From contig CM074810.1 of the NCBI GenBank assembly GCA_037447605.1, forward strand, positions 2,638,880-2,702,879: a stretch of 64,000 bases of DNA. The letters run 5' to 3'. A model generated the notes under the pieces. That model did not search any database. It was given only the letters and a program-made list of their open reading frames with translations, and was not told the origin of the DNA. Every line of letters begins with the position of its first letter. The stretch's first letter is position 1. Origin of the DNA: Zygnema circumcarinatum SAG 698-1b (lineage: Eukaryota > Plantae > Zygnematophyceae). The translations under genes were made by a program, and so were the position numbers. Shown here piece by piece: positions 1-13,438 of this stretch.

Positions 1-1056
1 AATCTGAGGCGAATTTTAAACTCTAACACTGGTAGAGTGGGTTTGTGAACAAATTTTATATTGAGAATTTTGAGAGCAGCTTTAGAGCTGAAAAGCTGCT
101 ACTTACAGATTTTAAGCTTTCTTAGCTTTTTGAATCTGTTATTTTTTCTCTGACGTCTTTTCTTTTCTGAATTTGGTTAGGAAAAGTGAAAGTGACGGAA
201 AGCGGAGCAGCCCTACAATGGAACCGCGCTCGCTCCCATGAAATTTTAAAGCAAATTTTAGGTTTAGGGTTGTGAGAGCCATGAAGGGATCTTCAGGGAA
301 GAAAATTTCAATATGAGGAATTCACCAAAACATTAAGCTCTCTTTTTCAGTTTTTTTTTTTTTTTTTTGATTTTTTGTCGAGGAGAGTCACTTTAGTTTG
401 GATCGAGACGCTTCAAAACCGCGCCGAGTTTAAAAAAAAAAAAAAGCACTGGACGAAAAAAGCGGCAGCCCATATTTTGTAAGTGAGAGAACTTCCCTCG
501 AACAATTTTAGCTTTTAAAGGCAGATTAATAACCTCACCTCGCCTGTGCTCCCTCTCCCTCTCCTTCTCCCTCCCTCTCTCTCGCCCCCCCTTCCCCTCC
601 TCGCTCTCCCTCCTCTCCCTCCAGCTCTCCCTCCCCCCCTCCTCCCTAACACTCTCCCACTCCCACTTCCCCCCTCTCCCTCCCTCCCTTTCCCTCTTCC
701 TCTCCCTCTCCCTCGTCCTCTCTCTCTCTCTCCCCCTCCCTTCCCCACTCTCCCTCTCCCCCTTCCTCTCCCTCCCCCCCTTCCTCTCCCTCCCCCCGTT
801 CCCTGTCTCTCTCCCTCCCTCCCCCTCTCACGGTATCGATACGTTCGCCCTCTGGCAGAACAAATTCCATTTGGAGGCAAAAAATCGGCTTCAGAAAATT
901 GCATTCCGAAGCCGAGAGTTAACTCTTTGAGAGATCGCACACAGACCTGCAAGCAGGAGTAAGCAGCCTCCCTAACTGACACGTGGCAGCTCCGAGCCAC
1001 GGCATAGGTGACACGTGGCAGTCCGACATGTCAGCGTGGTGAGGCGCCACGTGGCG

Positions 1057-2196
1057 ATGGCCGGCGGAGACATGCAGGCGTGGGCCCTGCTGCTCGCGGG
1101 CGCGTCCGTACTGCTCTCGTGCTGCCTCACTGCACTTCTCATAGGGGAGCACCTCACTGCCTATAACTGCCCCGAGGTGCCTCTCTCCCTCCCCCTCTCT
1201 CTCTCTCTCCCACTCTCTCTCTTTCTCTCGCTCCCTCTCTCTCTCTCTCTCTTTCTCTCCCTTTTTCTCTTTCTCCCCCCCTCTTTCTCTCCACGCCTTT
1301 CTCTCTCCCCCTCTCTCTCTCTCCCACCCTTTCTCTCGTTCTCTCCCTTTCTCTCTCTCTCCCCCCCTTTCTCTCTCCCCCCCTTTCTCTCTCGCCCTCT
1401 CTCTCTCCCACCCTTTCTCTCTTTCTCTCCCTTTCTCTCTCTCTCCCCTTTCTCTCACCCCCATTTCTCTGTTCCCCTCTCTCTCTCCCACCCTTTCTCT
1501 CTTTCTCTCGATCTCTCCGCCCTCCTCCACCGTCTCCCTTTTTTGTCCCTTCGCTCTCTTGCTACTTCTCTCTCGCTCTCTCCCTCTCTCTCCCCACTCT
1601 TTCTTTTGTACGTCTCTCTTCCTCTCCTTCCCTTCTCTCTCCCTCCCTCCCTCTCCTCTCTCCCTCCCTCTCTCACCCCTCCACTCCCTCCATCTCACAT
1701 CGCCCCTCCCTCCCTTTCTGCCTCCCTCACCATAGACTTTTTTCCAAAATCAGTTGCTGCAAACTTTTTATTACAAACTCGGCAAATGCGTCCTACGTAC
1801 CTAAAAAGGGGAAATCGAATAATTTGAAATGCAGGAGCAGAAATGGATAATCAGCTGCATCTTCATGGTGCCCTTATACTCCGTTTGCTCGGTACTCCTT
1901 TTCTTTCCATAAACCCCCCTCCTGCTTGAAAGTTGCAATCTGTTAATCTGTGTGAAATCTAATAATTTTTTTTTTTTTTCTGAAGTTTGTTTCTCACGTT
2001 TAATTCATTTATCGGCAATTATTTTCCTGTGCAGTTTCTTTCCCTCTGGCAACCCCAGCTGGATACCGTTTCTAATCTCATTCGCAATTGCTACGAGGCT
2101 TATACTCTCTACTCGTTCTGCATGTACTTGGTTGCCTGCTTAGGTAAGAGGGGCTCTCTCTCTTTCTCTTTCTTCTCTCCCGCTCTCTCTTGCGCA

Positions 2197-2245
<49 letters not shown>

Positions 2246-4138
2246 CCTCTCGCACTCTCCCCCTCACACACGCTCATGCCCTAAGGACGATCCCCTTCGC
2301 CCCACCTTATACTTATCTCTCACTTCCTTTTCTGTCCCTCTGTCTCACGCTCTTTCTCTTCCCTTACACAATTTCCTTCTCTCCTTCTTCTCCTCTCCTC
2401 CCTCGATCACGCTCCTCTGTCCCTCCCACTCTATACGTCCTTTTCTACTCTCTCCCAACCTCTCTCCCGTCCCTCTCCCTCTCTCGCCTCTCCCCAACCC
2501 TCTCCATCCTTCTCCCTCCCTCCCCTCTGCATCCCTCTTCCTCCCCCCCCCCCCTTTCATCTCCATCCCCCTCCCCATTCCCTCTCCTCTCCCCCCCTCC
2601 CCCTCCCCNNNNNNNNNNCCCCGGCCCGCGCACCCCCCTCCTTCCCAAGCACAAGCCGCGGCGGCCGCCCGGGTACAGCAGGGTCACGGAGGAACTGCAC
2701 CACCCCCCCCCCATGAACCTCTTCTTCAAACCATGGCTGCCCGGACCGGAGTTTTACGTCACTATCAAGTTCGGCATTGTACAATATGTGAGGGTCTCTG
2801 TCTCTCTCTCTCGTTCACTCTCTTTCTCTCTAACTCTTCGCCTCTCCTTCTCTCTGGCCATTCCGTCTCCCTCTCTCCCCCTCTCCCTCTCTCTTACCAC
2901 ACTCCCGCTCACGCTTGCCCTCTCTCTCTCGTTCTCTTTCACTCTATTTTTCTCTTTCTTCCTCTCTCCCTCTCTTCCCCTCTCTCTCCCTCTCCCTCTC
3001 TCTCTGTCCCTCTCCTCTTCCCAGTCCCCCCCTCACCCTCCCTTTTTATCGGACGTAGAGGACGAAATTTGATTCTGATTTTGATTCAGGTTGATTCGTT
3101 CAATAGCTAATAACTGATTTCCCCACGGACCTGCTATTTGCAGATGGTTTTGAAGACTTTATGTGCCATAGTTCAATTGGTGTTGGACCCATGGCGACTT
3201 TATGGAGAGGGCTACTTTGATTGGTATACCGGGTATGAGCTTTACTCCCTTTAACCATTGTGAATTTCTATAAAGTAAAGTTTGCTGTCTTGCTTTACTT
3301 ATGGGAGGGATTTTGAGGAGAGAGAGAGAGCAGGTGAACATGGGGAGAGATGAGAGAGAGAGAGAGAGAGGCAGGGATGGGAGACATGCCCTTGCACTCC
3401 CTTCTTCTCACATTCCCCCTGAATGTGGAAGCTGTCACCTGCCGTGTTTTCTTTCTCCCTCTCTCCCTTCTTCCCCTCCCTCTGTTTCCCACCTCACTCA
3501 CTCTGTCTCTCTACCTCTCTCTTCCTCCCTCCACTCCCTCTCTTACCTCACTCATTCGCCTCCCCCTCTCTCTCTTCCCCTCTCGCTCTCTTTCCCTCCC
3601 TCCCCTCCCTGTCTCTCCCTCCCTCCCCACTCTCTCACTCATATCCATAATTTTCCCTCCCCTCTCTCTCGTATCTATCTCACTCCTCCCCACTCGCTCG
3701 CCTTCTCTCCCTCCCCTCTCTACCCTCTCTCTCTTTTATGCCACTCACTCTCCCTCTCCCCCTTCTCTTTCGCTCCCCCCCCCCTTCCCCCCCTCCCCCC
3801 TACTCCCTCCCTCCCTCCCTCTCTCCCTCCCTCTCTCCCTCTCCCTCTCCCTCCCTCTCTCTCCCTGCAGGTACCCCTACATGACCCTAGTGCTCAACTT
3901 CAGCCAGTGTTGGGCCATCTACTGTTTGGTCATGTTCTACCACGCCACGTGGCAGTACCTGGTCCCCATAAAACCACTAGGAAAGTTCGTGAGCATAAAG
4001 GCCATCATTTTTGTCACGTGGTGGCAGGGCGTCATCATTGCGCTCGCCTTCTCCTTTGACCTTTTGAAAGCCCCCGAAGATGACGTCGGCGGAATCTTGT
4101 TCCAAAATGCACTCCAAGACTTTCTCGTGGCAATAGAG
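1057..4138 (+). CDS. LAZ1/TMEM184 (organic solute transporter alpha-like) membrane protein, spliced, 3' end lost in gap
   Basis: GT-AG exons ~1057-1176, 1835-1891 (EQKWIISCIFMVPLYSVCS), 2035-2143 (IRNCYEAYTLYSF), <2619-2787 (KFGIVQY), 3144-3232 (LYGEGYFDW), 3871-4138 (YPYMTLVLNFSQCWAIYCLVMFY...KFVSIKAIIFVTWWQG...LQDFLVAIE). These are LAZ1/DUF300 motifs. Gaps at 2609 and 4443. Confidence 0.88.
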
Positions 4139-5041
4139 GTCTTGTCTTCTGCCCGAACATGTTTTTGTGGGCTGCCCGTACAACATTGTTCATGTTGCAT
4201 GTCGCAAAACCCTAAACCCTTCTTAAATTCCTTTAACTCTTAAGACCCCTAAAATGCCCAAAATGCCCAAAAAACCCAACAACCACCACAAGCAAACCCT
4301 AAAATTAACCTCTCTTGCCTCATTCCCTGCTACCTCTACCTTACTTTTCCTTTTCCTCTCTCTCCCTCTCCCATCATCTCCCTCCCTCTCCCATCATCTC
4401 CCTCCCTCTCCCATCCCCTCCCCTCCCCTCCCTCTCCCATCCNNNNNNNNNNTCGCGCGGACGGGCAGGGGTTGAAATATTTGGTATTCTGCCCAAAAGT
4501 GCGGGCAGCTGTCTCCTTCAAAAAAAAAGGAGTTCCGGTGCTGGTCCCCCCCCCCCCTGCTCTGCGTGCCTTCCCGGAAGTCCCAAAGGCCTGCAAGTAG
4601 CATGTCTTGCACCGCATATCTGAAATCATATCCGAAGACTTATAATCAAATGAGGAAAGATTAGAGGAAGATAGAGAAAGACAGGGAGGAAGAATAAAAG
4701 CAGAGGGGGAAGAGCTTTAGGCTATGCATGTTTAGGGTTGTGGGGAGATCTGCAGCAGCAGATTAAAGAGGGAGTGGAGAGAGAGAAGGGGAGAGGGAGA
4801 GAGAGAGAGGGGTGGTGGGAGAAGGAGCGTAGGGGGGAGAGAGAGAATTTGAGGAGACAGAGGGTGTGGAGAGAGTGAGAGGGGAGAGAGAGGGGCGAGG
4901 TAGCGAGTGGAGGAGGGGGGGGGGGAGAATAGCGGAAGAGAGGGAGAGGGGGAGAGAGAGAGTGGAGAGAGAGAAACCATGCAGCAGGGTTGCAGATAGA
5001 GCGGGAGGGGTTAAGGGAGGTGGCACGAGCAGGGTTCAGAA

Positions 5042-7639
5042 ATGGACATGGCTGGAGCTTATGTGGGGGAGTATGGGATGAGCTTCCTGCACGCTCAGCA
5101 GGGCATGGCACATGGCCATGGCAGCCATGGCATGCGTGGGCATGCGCATGACATGTCCATGAATGGCATGCATGGGGATGCGGTAGGGTTGGAATACCAT
5201 GCATTGCTATTAGATGCTGCCCAAGCGCAGCAGGAGGAGCTTGCAGGAGGGGGGGGGGGAGCAGGTATATTTCCTTTTTTTTAATCTTGCTTTTATTTAC
5301 TATTATGAATGGTATATGCAAGCACATGTGTCAAAATGTCTCTGCATTCATGCATGGTTGGATGCTGCTGGTTTTGGTGGTGGTCTCTTTCCTTTTGTGC
5401 CAAGATTTGGAAGGTATACGGCATCTTGGAAATCAGTTTTAAGGGAGAGAAAGAGTTTTCGGTTCGAGGAAAACTCCTTTAGCTGAATTTTCCCTATGTT
5501 TCAGGATTATAATAATGCGATGTTGATGATGCATGCATGCATGCTGAAGTCAGCACGTGACTGCATGACGTATTCTGTGCAGGCGGCTCGCACGGTTCGT
5601 ACATGCTGACGTCATCCGTGAATCACCATCATCATCATCATCAACATCCCCAAGAAGTGGCGGAGCTGCTCTGGGAAATGCCCTCTCGGCCGGCCGCGCC
5701 ATCACTGCAGGAGTTACATAACCAGGAAGTGATGTTGCAGCAGCACCATGAGATGATGTTGCTGATGCAGGAAGCAAACAGCCCCTACCAGTCCACCTCT
5801 TCTTCTCTCTCTCCTCCTCCAGAAGACGAGGAGGCAAAGATAATGAAAAGTGTGCGAAATGGAGCAAATTTCTTGAACAACTATTCAAAAAGAGATAGAG
5901 GATATGGCGGTCTTATGGAGGAGGATGTTCAAGTTCAACAAGATGGGGGGCTGTTTGAGCAGAACATCACAATGGAGGGACCAAGAGAGGTGAAGAGAGA
6001 GACCCATTGTAGGAGTGTGGAGCAGGAGAGAGTGGAGAGGGAGAGGGAGGGAGATGAGGAGAAGATGGATAAATATGGGGGAAGCGGCAGCCTTAGAGAA
6101 GACGCTATGAGGGGGCTGACGGAGGAGGAGAGAGGAGAAGCGAGTGGTGAAAGAGGACAGAGAGGAGAAAGGTACATGGAGGAGAGAGCAGAGGAATGCA
6201 GGTCACATAGTGCAATGAAGGTAGGAGAAAATGGACCTCAGGGGGAGGTCCTAAATGGTATTCTGAATAGTGAAGTGAGTGCGGGAGAGGAGAATGCTGG
6301 AAAGAATGAGAGAGGAGGAGGAGGAGGGAGAGAGGAGCGAGAGTACAGTGGTGCGGGAAGTCCACTCCAACTGAAACGGAATCAAATGCGGCAGCAAGAG
6401 CAGCCACCTTCAGAAATGATCATAGAAACAGGTGGGTCCTTCTTTTTTTTTTTTTTTCTAAGGAAATCTTTTTTCCAAGTGTTATTTTTATTTTTTTTCG
6501 AAAGGATTATTGTATAGGTGTTGCAGAAGTAACCCGTTCCTCTGCTATAAAAGACGCTAATTTGATAAAGCGCAGACCCACAAACAGGTGAGACAGGGAG
6601 AGATAGAGAGGAGAGAGGAGAGGAGGGAGAGGGAGAGAAGGAGAGAGGGAGAGAGGGAAGGAGGGGGAAAGACGGAGAGAGGGAGCGAGTGGGAGAGGGC
6701 GAGAGAGAGAGTGAGAGAGAGAGACTCTTATCTGCTTTTGTTTCTTTCCTCCTCATTTTCCTTCAGCATTTTCTAAGAATCAAAAAAGTAGAGTTTCGGG
6801 TTTTATTTCCAAATTCAGGCCCTATATTTTCCGCCACATTGGTCCCCAACATAAAAGGGCCAGTGAATCAGTACACTCCGCCGCCGGCAGAACTCGCCAA
6901 ACGCGCGTTCCTTGCCACAGTTACGGCGGCAGTTACGCCGTCACAGGGAACCAAATCATCGTCGGAAAAGAGCCGTCCGGAAACTTCTGAAAATGGGCAA
7001 AGCGTTGTAAATGTGCAAAAATCGACAAAAGAAGGGCGGGCAGAAAAAACTCCGCATACTTTCGGACAGCGGAGTTCGATATATCGGGGAGTTACTCGGT
7101 ATGGATGAAGGCTTTATTCTCTCACTCTTCCTCTCTCTCTCTCTCTGTCTCTCTCTCTCTCTCTCTCCCTTTCTCTCTCCCTCTCTCCACCTTTTGTGCC
7201 TCTCCTACCTCCCATATCTCTCGCTCTTCCTCTCGAACCATCTTCTTTCTCGCTCGCAATCCCCCCTCTCTCCCACCTCCCCCCTCTCCAAGCCCCTCCC
7301 TCCCTCTCCCATCTCCCTTTCTCTTTTTTCTTTCTCCCTTTCTTTCACCCGCTCTCGTTCACTTCAAACCTTACTGTCTCTTTCTCTCTCCCTCACTCCC
7401 CTTCTCCCCTCAATAGATCCTCCCACCCATCCCTTTCTCTCCCTCACTATCTGTCCTCTCCTGCCCTTTCTCCCACTTCTCTCCCTCCCCTCCGCTCGTC
7501 TCCCTCTATTTTCCCTCCCATAACCTCATTTCCTTTATTTTCATTTGTTTCCAGCCATCGGTGGACCGGAAGGTACGAGGCTCATTTGTGGGACAACAGC
7601 TGTCGAAAACTCGGACAGAATAAAAAGGGCCGGCAAGGT

Positions 7640-7676
<37 letters not shown>

Positions 7677-9254
7677 TCTCTCTCTCTCTCGCTCTCTCGC
7701 TCTCTCGCTCTCTCTCTCTCTTGCTCTCTAACTCTCGCCTCTCGTGCGCTCTCTCTCTCTCTCCTTCGCTTTCTCCCCCCCTCTCTTTCTCTCTCTTTAT
7801 CCCACTCTCTCTTTTTTTTCCTTTTCCTGTTTTGTGTATGAACCTTTCCTCACATCTTACAAAATGAAACTGCGTACTTTTTGCATGACTGAAGTAAGTT
7901 TTCGGATATTTTTTTTTTTTTTTTTTTTNNNNNNNNNNAGGGAGAGAGGAGCGAGAGTACAGTGGTGCGGGAAGTCCACTCCAACTGAAACGGAATCAAA
8001 TGCGGCAGCAAGAGCAGCCACCTTCAGAAATGATCATAGAAACAGGTGGGTCCTTCTTTTTTTTTTTTTTTCTAAGGAAATCTTTTTTCCAAGTGTTATT
8101 TTTATTTTTTTTCGAAAGGATTATTGTATAGGTGTTGCAGAAGTAACCCGTTCCTCTGCTATAAAAGACGCTAATTTGATAAAGCGCAGACCCACAAACA
8201 GGTGAGACAGGGAGAGATAGAGAGGAGAGAGGAGAGGAGGGAGAGGGAGAGAAGGAGAGAGGGAGAGAGGGAAGGAGGGGGAAAGACGGAGAGAGGGAGC
8301 GAGTGGGAGAGGGCGAGAGAGAGAGTGAGAGAGAGAGACTCTTATCTGCTTTTGTTTCTTTCCTCCTCATTTTCCTTCAGCATTTTCTAAGAATCAAAAA
8401 AGTAGAGTTTCGGGTTTTATTTCCAAATTCAGGCCCTATATTTTCCGCCACATTGGTCCCCAACATAAAAGGGCCAGTGAATCAGTACACTCCGCCGCCG
8501 GCAGAACTCGCCAAACGCGCGTTCCTTGCCACAGTTACGGCGGCAGTTACGCCGTCACAGGGAACCAAATCATCGTCGGAAAAGAGCCGTCCGGAAACTT
8601 CTGAAAATGGGCAAAGCGTTGTAAATGTGCAAAAATCGACAAAAGAAGGGCGGGCAGAAAAAACTCCGCATACTTTCGGACAGCGGAGTTCGATATATCG
8701 GGGAGTTACTCGGTATGGATGAAGGCTTTATTCTCTCACTCTTCCTCTCTCTCTCTCTCTGTCTCTCTCTCTCTCTCTCTCCCTTTCTCTCTCCCTCTCT
8801 CCACCTTTTGTGCCTCTCCTACCTCCCATATCTCTCGCTCTTCCTCTCGAACCATCTTCTTTCTCGCTCGCAATCCCCCCCTCTCTCCCACCTCCCCCCT
8901 CTCCAAGCCCCTCCCTCCCTCTCCCATCTCCCTTTCTCTTTTTTCTTTCTCCCTTTCTTTCACCCGCTCTCGTTCACTTCAAACCTTACTGTCTCTTTCT
9001 CTCTCCCTCACTCCCCTTCTCCCCTCAATAGATCCTCCCACCCATCCCTTTCTCTCCCTCACTATCTGTCCTCTCCTGCCCTTTCTCCCACTTCTCTCCC
9101 TCCCCTCCGCTCGTCTCCCTCTATTTTCCCTCCCATAACCTCATTTCCTTTATTTTCATTTGTTTCCAGCCATCGGTGGACCGGAAGGTACGAGGCTCAT
9201 TTGTGGGACAACAGCTGTCGAAAACTCGGACAGAATAAAAAGGGCCGGCAAGGT

Positions 9255-9291
<37 letters not shown>

Positions 9292-10785
9292 TCTCTCTCT
9301 CTCTCGCTCTCTCGCTCTCTCGCTCTCTCTCTCTCTTGCTCTCTAACTCTCGCCTCTCGTGCGCTCTCTCTCTCTCTCCTTCGCTTTCTCCCCCCCTCTC
9401 TTTCTCTCTCTTTATCCCACTCTCTCTTTTTTTTCCTTTTCCTGTTTTGTGTATGAACCTTTCCTCACATCTTACAAAATGAAACTGCGTACTTTTTGCA
9501 TGACTGAAGTAAGTTTTCGGATATTTTTTTTTTTTTTTTTTTTGTCGATGGGAATTGACGCTGGATTCGACACAGTCTACTTAGGTGAGACTAAAATCCA
9601 AAATATATCCTTACCCCCTCCCTAACATTTATTTTAGAAGAATTAAAAAAACGGAAGGATTTAAAATGATCGTTTCAAGAACTGCTGTAACTCAGATATA
9701 TACATTTTATGGAAATCCATAGCTTTTTGGCTTTTGAATTTCTGGTTCTGGTTTTTGGATTTAGGTTTTTGGTTTCTGGTTTCGTACACACCAATTCAAA
9801 ACTTTTAAATTCGGAAAATTAGAAGAAAAAGAAAGAAATTAGAATTCATCCTTCGCATTTTTTCCCTTTTTCCCCTTCCGTCCTTCATTTGCATCTCTTT
9901 TTCTTTTTAATTCCCTTCCATTTCCTTTTTTTTTTAACTTTTTCTTTGTGGTTGAGCAGGCGGATACGACAAAGAAGATGCGGCCGCACGTGCGTACGAC
10001 CTGGCGGCCCTGAAGTACTGGGGGCCCGGAACTGTAATTAATTTCCCGGTGAGAAAATATATTTATGCTTTATGCGCTTTTGAGTTCCCCTCTTTTGAAT
10101 TTTACGTTTTTTTGAGGAGGGGAACGAGGGTTTTTGTTGGAATAAATTTTCGATGGATAGGCATGTGAGTATGGGGGAGGGAGGGGGAGGAGAGGGAGAT
10201 AGGGAGGGGGGGGGTGGGGGGAAAGGAAGGAGGGGGGGAGGATGAGGAATGCTAGTGAGGGAGAGGGCAGGCACAAGAATACGAAGAGGGAGTAGGAGAG
10301 GGAGGGAGGGATGGTAGGGAGGAGAATAGGGAGAGGGAGAGGAAGAGAGGGAAGACAAGGGGAGGAATAGCAAGGGGGGGTAGGGAGGTGGGGGGAGGGG
10401 GGAGGGGGGAAAGGGGTAGGGGAGGGGAGGGGTGAGGGAGGCGGTGAGAGTGAGGAAGAGGGTGAGGAGTATAGGGAAGGGTGAGAGGAGGGGGGGAAGG
10501 GAAAGAGGGGAGGGAGTAGGCGGAGGGGGGAGAGAGCGGGAGAGGGGAAGAGGGTTAGGGAGGGGGGTGCTGGGGGGAAGGGAGCACGGGGAGTGAAGAG
10601 AGGTGGGGAGGGGGGGAGATGGAAGTAGAGAGGGAGGGAGAGACGGGGAGAAAGAGAGAGGGAGAGAGTTGTGCCAACTCGTCCATCCCAGCGGTTCTTT
10701 ACAGTTGAGCAATTACACGAAGGAGATTGAGGAGATGCAGAACGTCTCTCGGCAAGAGTACATTGCCTCCTTGAGGAGGTAATTC

Positions 10786-10840
<55 letters not shown>

Positions 10841-13438
10841 TTCGTTCTTTCTCTCTCGCTCTCTCTGCCTCGTCTCCTCACTGTTCCTCGTTCTCTCCCT
10901 CTCTTTTTCTCTCTCTTTCTCTCTCTTTCTTTCTCCGCCCCCCTCTCTCTCTCTCTTTATCTCCCTCACTGACTCACTTAAAACATTTGTATCCTCGCAT
11001 TTTGTATCTTGTCCTATCCACAGCTCTAATCCACCATCCCTCGGCGCTCTCTCTCCCCCCTGCCATTCTTTCCCACTTCTACAAAAGCAACCCTATGCAT
11101 TCTTTGATATTTCTTTACTTCAACTTAGTTTTTCTCTTGACTTTGAAGAATAATTTGAATGTGCAGAAAAAGCAGTGGCTTCGCTCGAGGTGCCTCAAAG
11201 TATCGCGGAGTAACAAGGTAATTCGATAAAGTCACATTCTTTTCAGAAAGAAGATGTGAACCGGAAATTCATCAAGTACAAAAAAAAAAAAAAATTTAAA
11301 ATCAAGATGAGATTCGACATAATTTAAAACAAAAAGATTATTATTTTCTTACTGTCTTTTTCCCTGCTCCATTGCTATTTCTTCAAAACATTTTTAATTA
11401 AAAAAAAAACTGCGTAGCAGTGATAGTCCGTCTATCTTCTGATTTTTTTTTCTTTACTTTTTTCGGTTTCAGGCACCACCAGCATGGTCGGTGGGAGGCG
11501 CGAATTGGGCGAGTTTTGGGCAACAAATACCTCTACCTCGGAACCTACGGTTCGCCTCTCTCTCTCTCTCTCTCTCCCCTCCTCTCTCTCTCTCTCTCTC
11601 CCTCTGTGCCTCTCTCACCCCCCTCTCTCTCTCACCCCCCCTCGCTCTCCCTCGCACCAACCTCTGTCTCTGCCTCTCTCTCACGCTCTCTCTATACCAC
11701 TCTCTCTCCCTCTCCCCCCTCCCTCTCTCCCCCCCCTCAACCTTTGATTGAATTACGTTTCTACATTTTGCATAATCTTTTTATGTTTCTTTTCCGCCCC
11801 TGCCCCCCCCCCTTATGCTCTCCAGCCACTCAGGAAGAGGCAGCTCAGGCGTATGACGTGGCAGCTGTCAAGTACAGGGGAATGAACGCCGTCACCAACT
11901 TCGACCTCGGACGATATATCGAGGGACTGAGGGGGACCCCTCCCAGAGGGGAGAGTGGCAGGCAGCAGGTGGGAGGGTTCTCTCCCTCTCCCTTTCCCTC
12001 TCGCGCTCTCCCTTCCCTCTCTCTCCATCTCCCTCTCCCACTCCCTCGTCCTCCATTTCTCCCTCACCCTCCTCCTCCTCCTCCCACCCTCCCTTTCCCT
12101 CTTCCTCTCCCCACGACCATCCTCTCCCTCTTCCCCACTCACCCTCTCCCTCTCTCTGTCCTCTCCCTTTCCCTTTCCCACTCCCTCTCCCGCTCCTGCT
12201 CCCTATACCTCTTCTTCTTTCTCTCTCCCTCGCTCTACCTCACCCTCTCTTCCCACCTCTCCAATCTCCATCTCGTTTTGCTTCTGCCTCTGCCTCTTCC
12301 TCGCCCTCTCCTTCTGGCTGGTCGTCTGATTCTGTCTTTGCATTTGCCTCCTTGTCTTTCTCTCCCTCTGCTCCGCTCACTCCCTCTTTCTCCCCCTCTC
12401 TCCGCTCCACCCACTTCTTCCCAACCTCCTCTTCTTCCCTTCCTCCCTCCCTCCCTCCGTCCCTCTCTCCTTCCCTCCCTCTCGCCGTCTCCTTCCCCCC
12501 CTTCTCTTCGTCTTCTAAAACTTCTCCTCCCCCCCTCCCTCTCTCCTTCCCTCCCTCCTTTTCCCCCTTCCCCCCTCCTCCCCTCCCTTCCCACTCCCCT
12601 CTCCTCTCCTCCCTTCGCCCTCCCCCCCTCCTCCCCTCCCTTCCCACTCCCCTCTCCTCTCCTCCCCNNNNNNNNNNTCCCCTCCCTCCCCCCCTCCCTC
12701 CCCTCCCAGACGTCCTCCTCTCAAGAGGACGACGCCTCCCAGCCTACCTCCGCGCTACAGCCGGGCCCGCAATCGCTCTTGGAGGAGCAGAGCACTTTGG
12801 ACCTCCAGCAGCGGCAGCTACAGCTGGAGCAGCTACAGCTACAGCAGCAGCAGCAGATGGAGCTACAGCGGCAGCTACAGCAGCTCTCTTCTTGGGGCCT
12901 TTCCGGCTCCTCTCTTGGCTTGCCCTTCTTTCAGCCCTCCCTCCTCCTGCCTAATGGAGCTTATACTTTGGAGCCCCTTCATGTGGGAGTGGGAGTGGGA
13001 GTGGGAGAGGATGGGGGGGGAGGGAAGGGCATCATGCTCAGCCATGGTGGAGGCATGCAGCTGCATGTGGACCAATCGCAAGGCCAGTTTTCGGAGGTAA
13101 GTAATTGGGGCTTTTCTTTTCTTTTCTTTTCTTTTTGTTTAATGGTTTATATGTTTCTTAAGATTGGGGCTTATGTAATTGAAAATAAAATTTGGGTTTT
13201 GTAGGATTCTTCTATGCATCAAGATGGGGCCTACTCTGCCTACTCTCCCGCATCCCCTCTCTCTCTCCCTGTGGAGCTGGGCGGGCAAGGAGGCTTCTCT
13301 AATCAAAATGTCTCCTTTATAAACGCATTTAATTCCTCTCGAATTATTTCCCAAAATGGGCCTCCGCTCCATCCCACGCACCTTCCCATGTTCGCCGTTT
13401 GGAGCGACAACCAAAATTCGAACGCCGGGCAGCAATAA
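5042..13438 (+). CDS. Double-AP2-domain transcription factor, ANT clade (AIL/PLT/WRI1-related)
   Basis: Exons 5042-5264, 5583-6431, 6819-7098 ([14 protein letters not shown]), 7555-7637 (copy 9170-9252; [27 protein letters not shown]), 9576-9584 (VYL), 9960-10048 ([22 protein letters not shown]), 10705-10778 (linker), 11167-11217, 11473-11549 ([25 protein letters not shown]), 11826-11968 (AVTNFD), 12710-13096, 13205-13438. Phases join in frame; the N-terminal exons are less certain. Confidence 0.93.
7939..9543 (+). repeat. Near-identical direct copy of 6325-7928 across an N gap (probable assembly overlap artefact)
   Basis: Starts right after gap 7929-7938; the only differences I saw are homopolymer lengths (one extra C). 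Confidence 0.85.
9576..9584 (+). CDS. 9-nt microexon encoding VYL of AP2 repeat 1
   Basis: cacag|TCTACTTAG|gtgag. Joins CAA G|TC TAC TTA G|GC to give Q-V-Y-L-G. Confidence 0.92.
   Translation, partial: ST

Noticed and set aside
515-1827. Long Pro/Leu/Ser- or Arg/Glu/Gly-rich ORFs here and throughout (e.g. 10070-10969, 20377-21262, 55866-56577)
   Set aside because: Translations of CT/GA microsatellite introns that lack stop codons; not genes.
6325-9543. Apparent tandem duplication of AP2 exons
   Set aside because: Near-identical copies meet at an N gap following a poly-T run; typical unmerged contig overlap.
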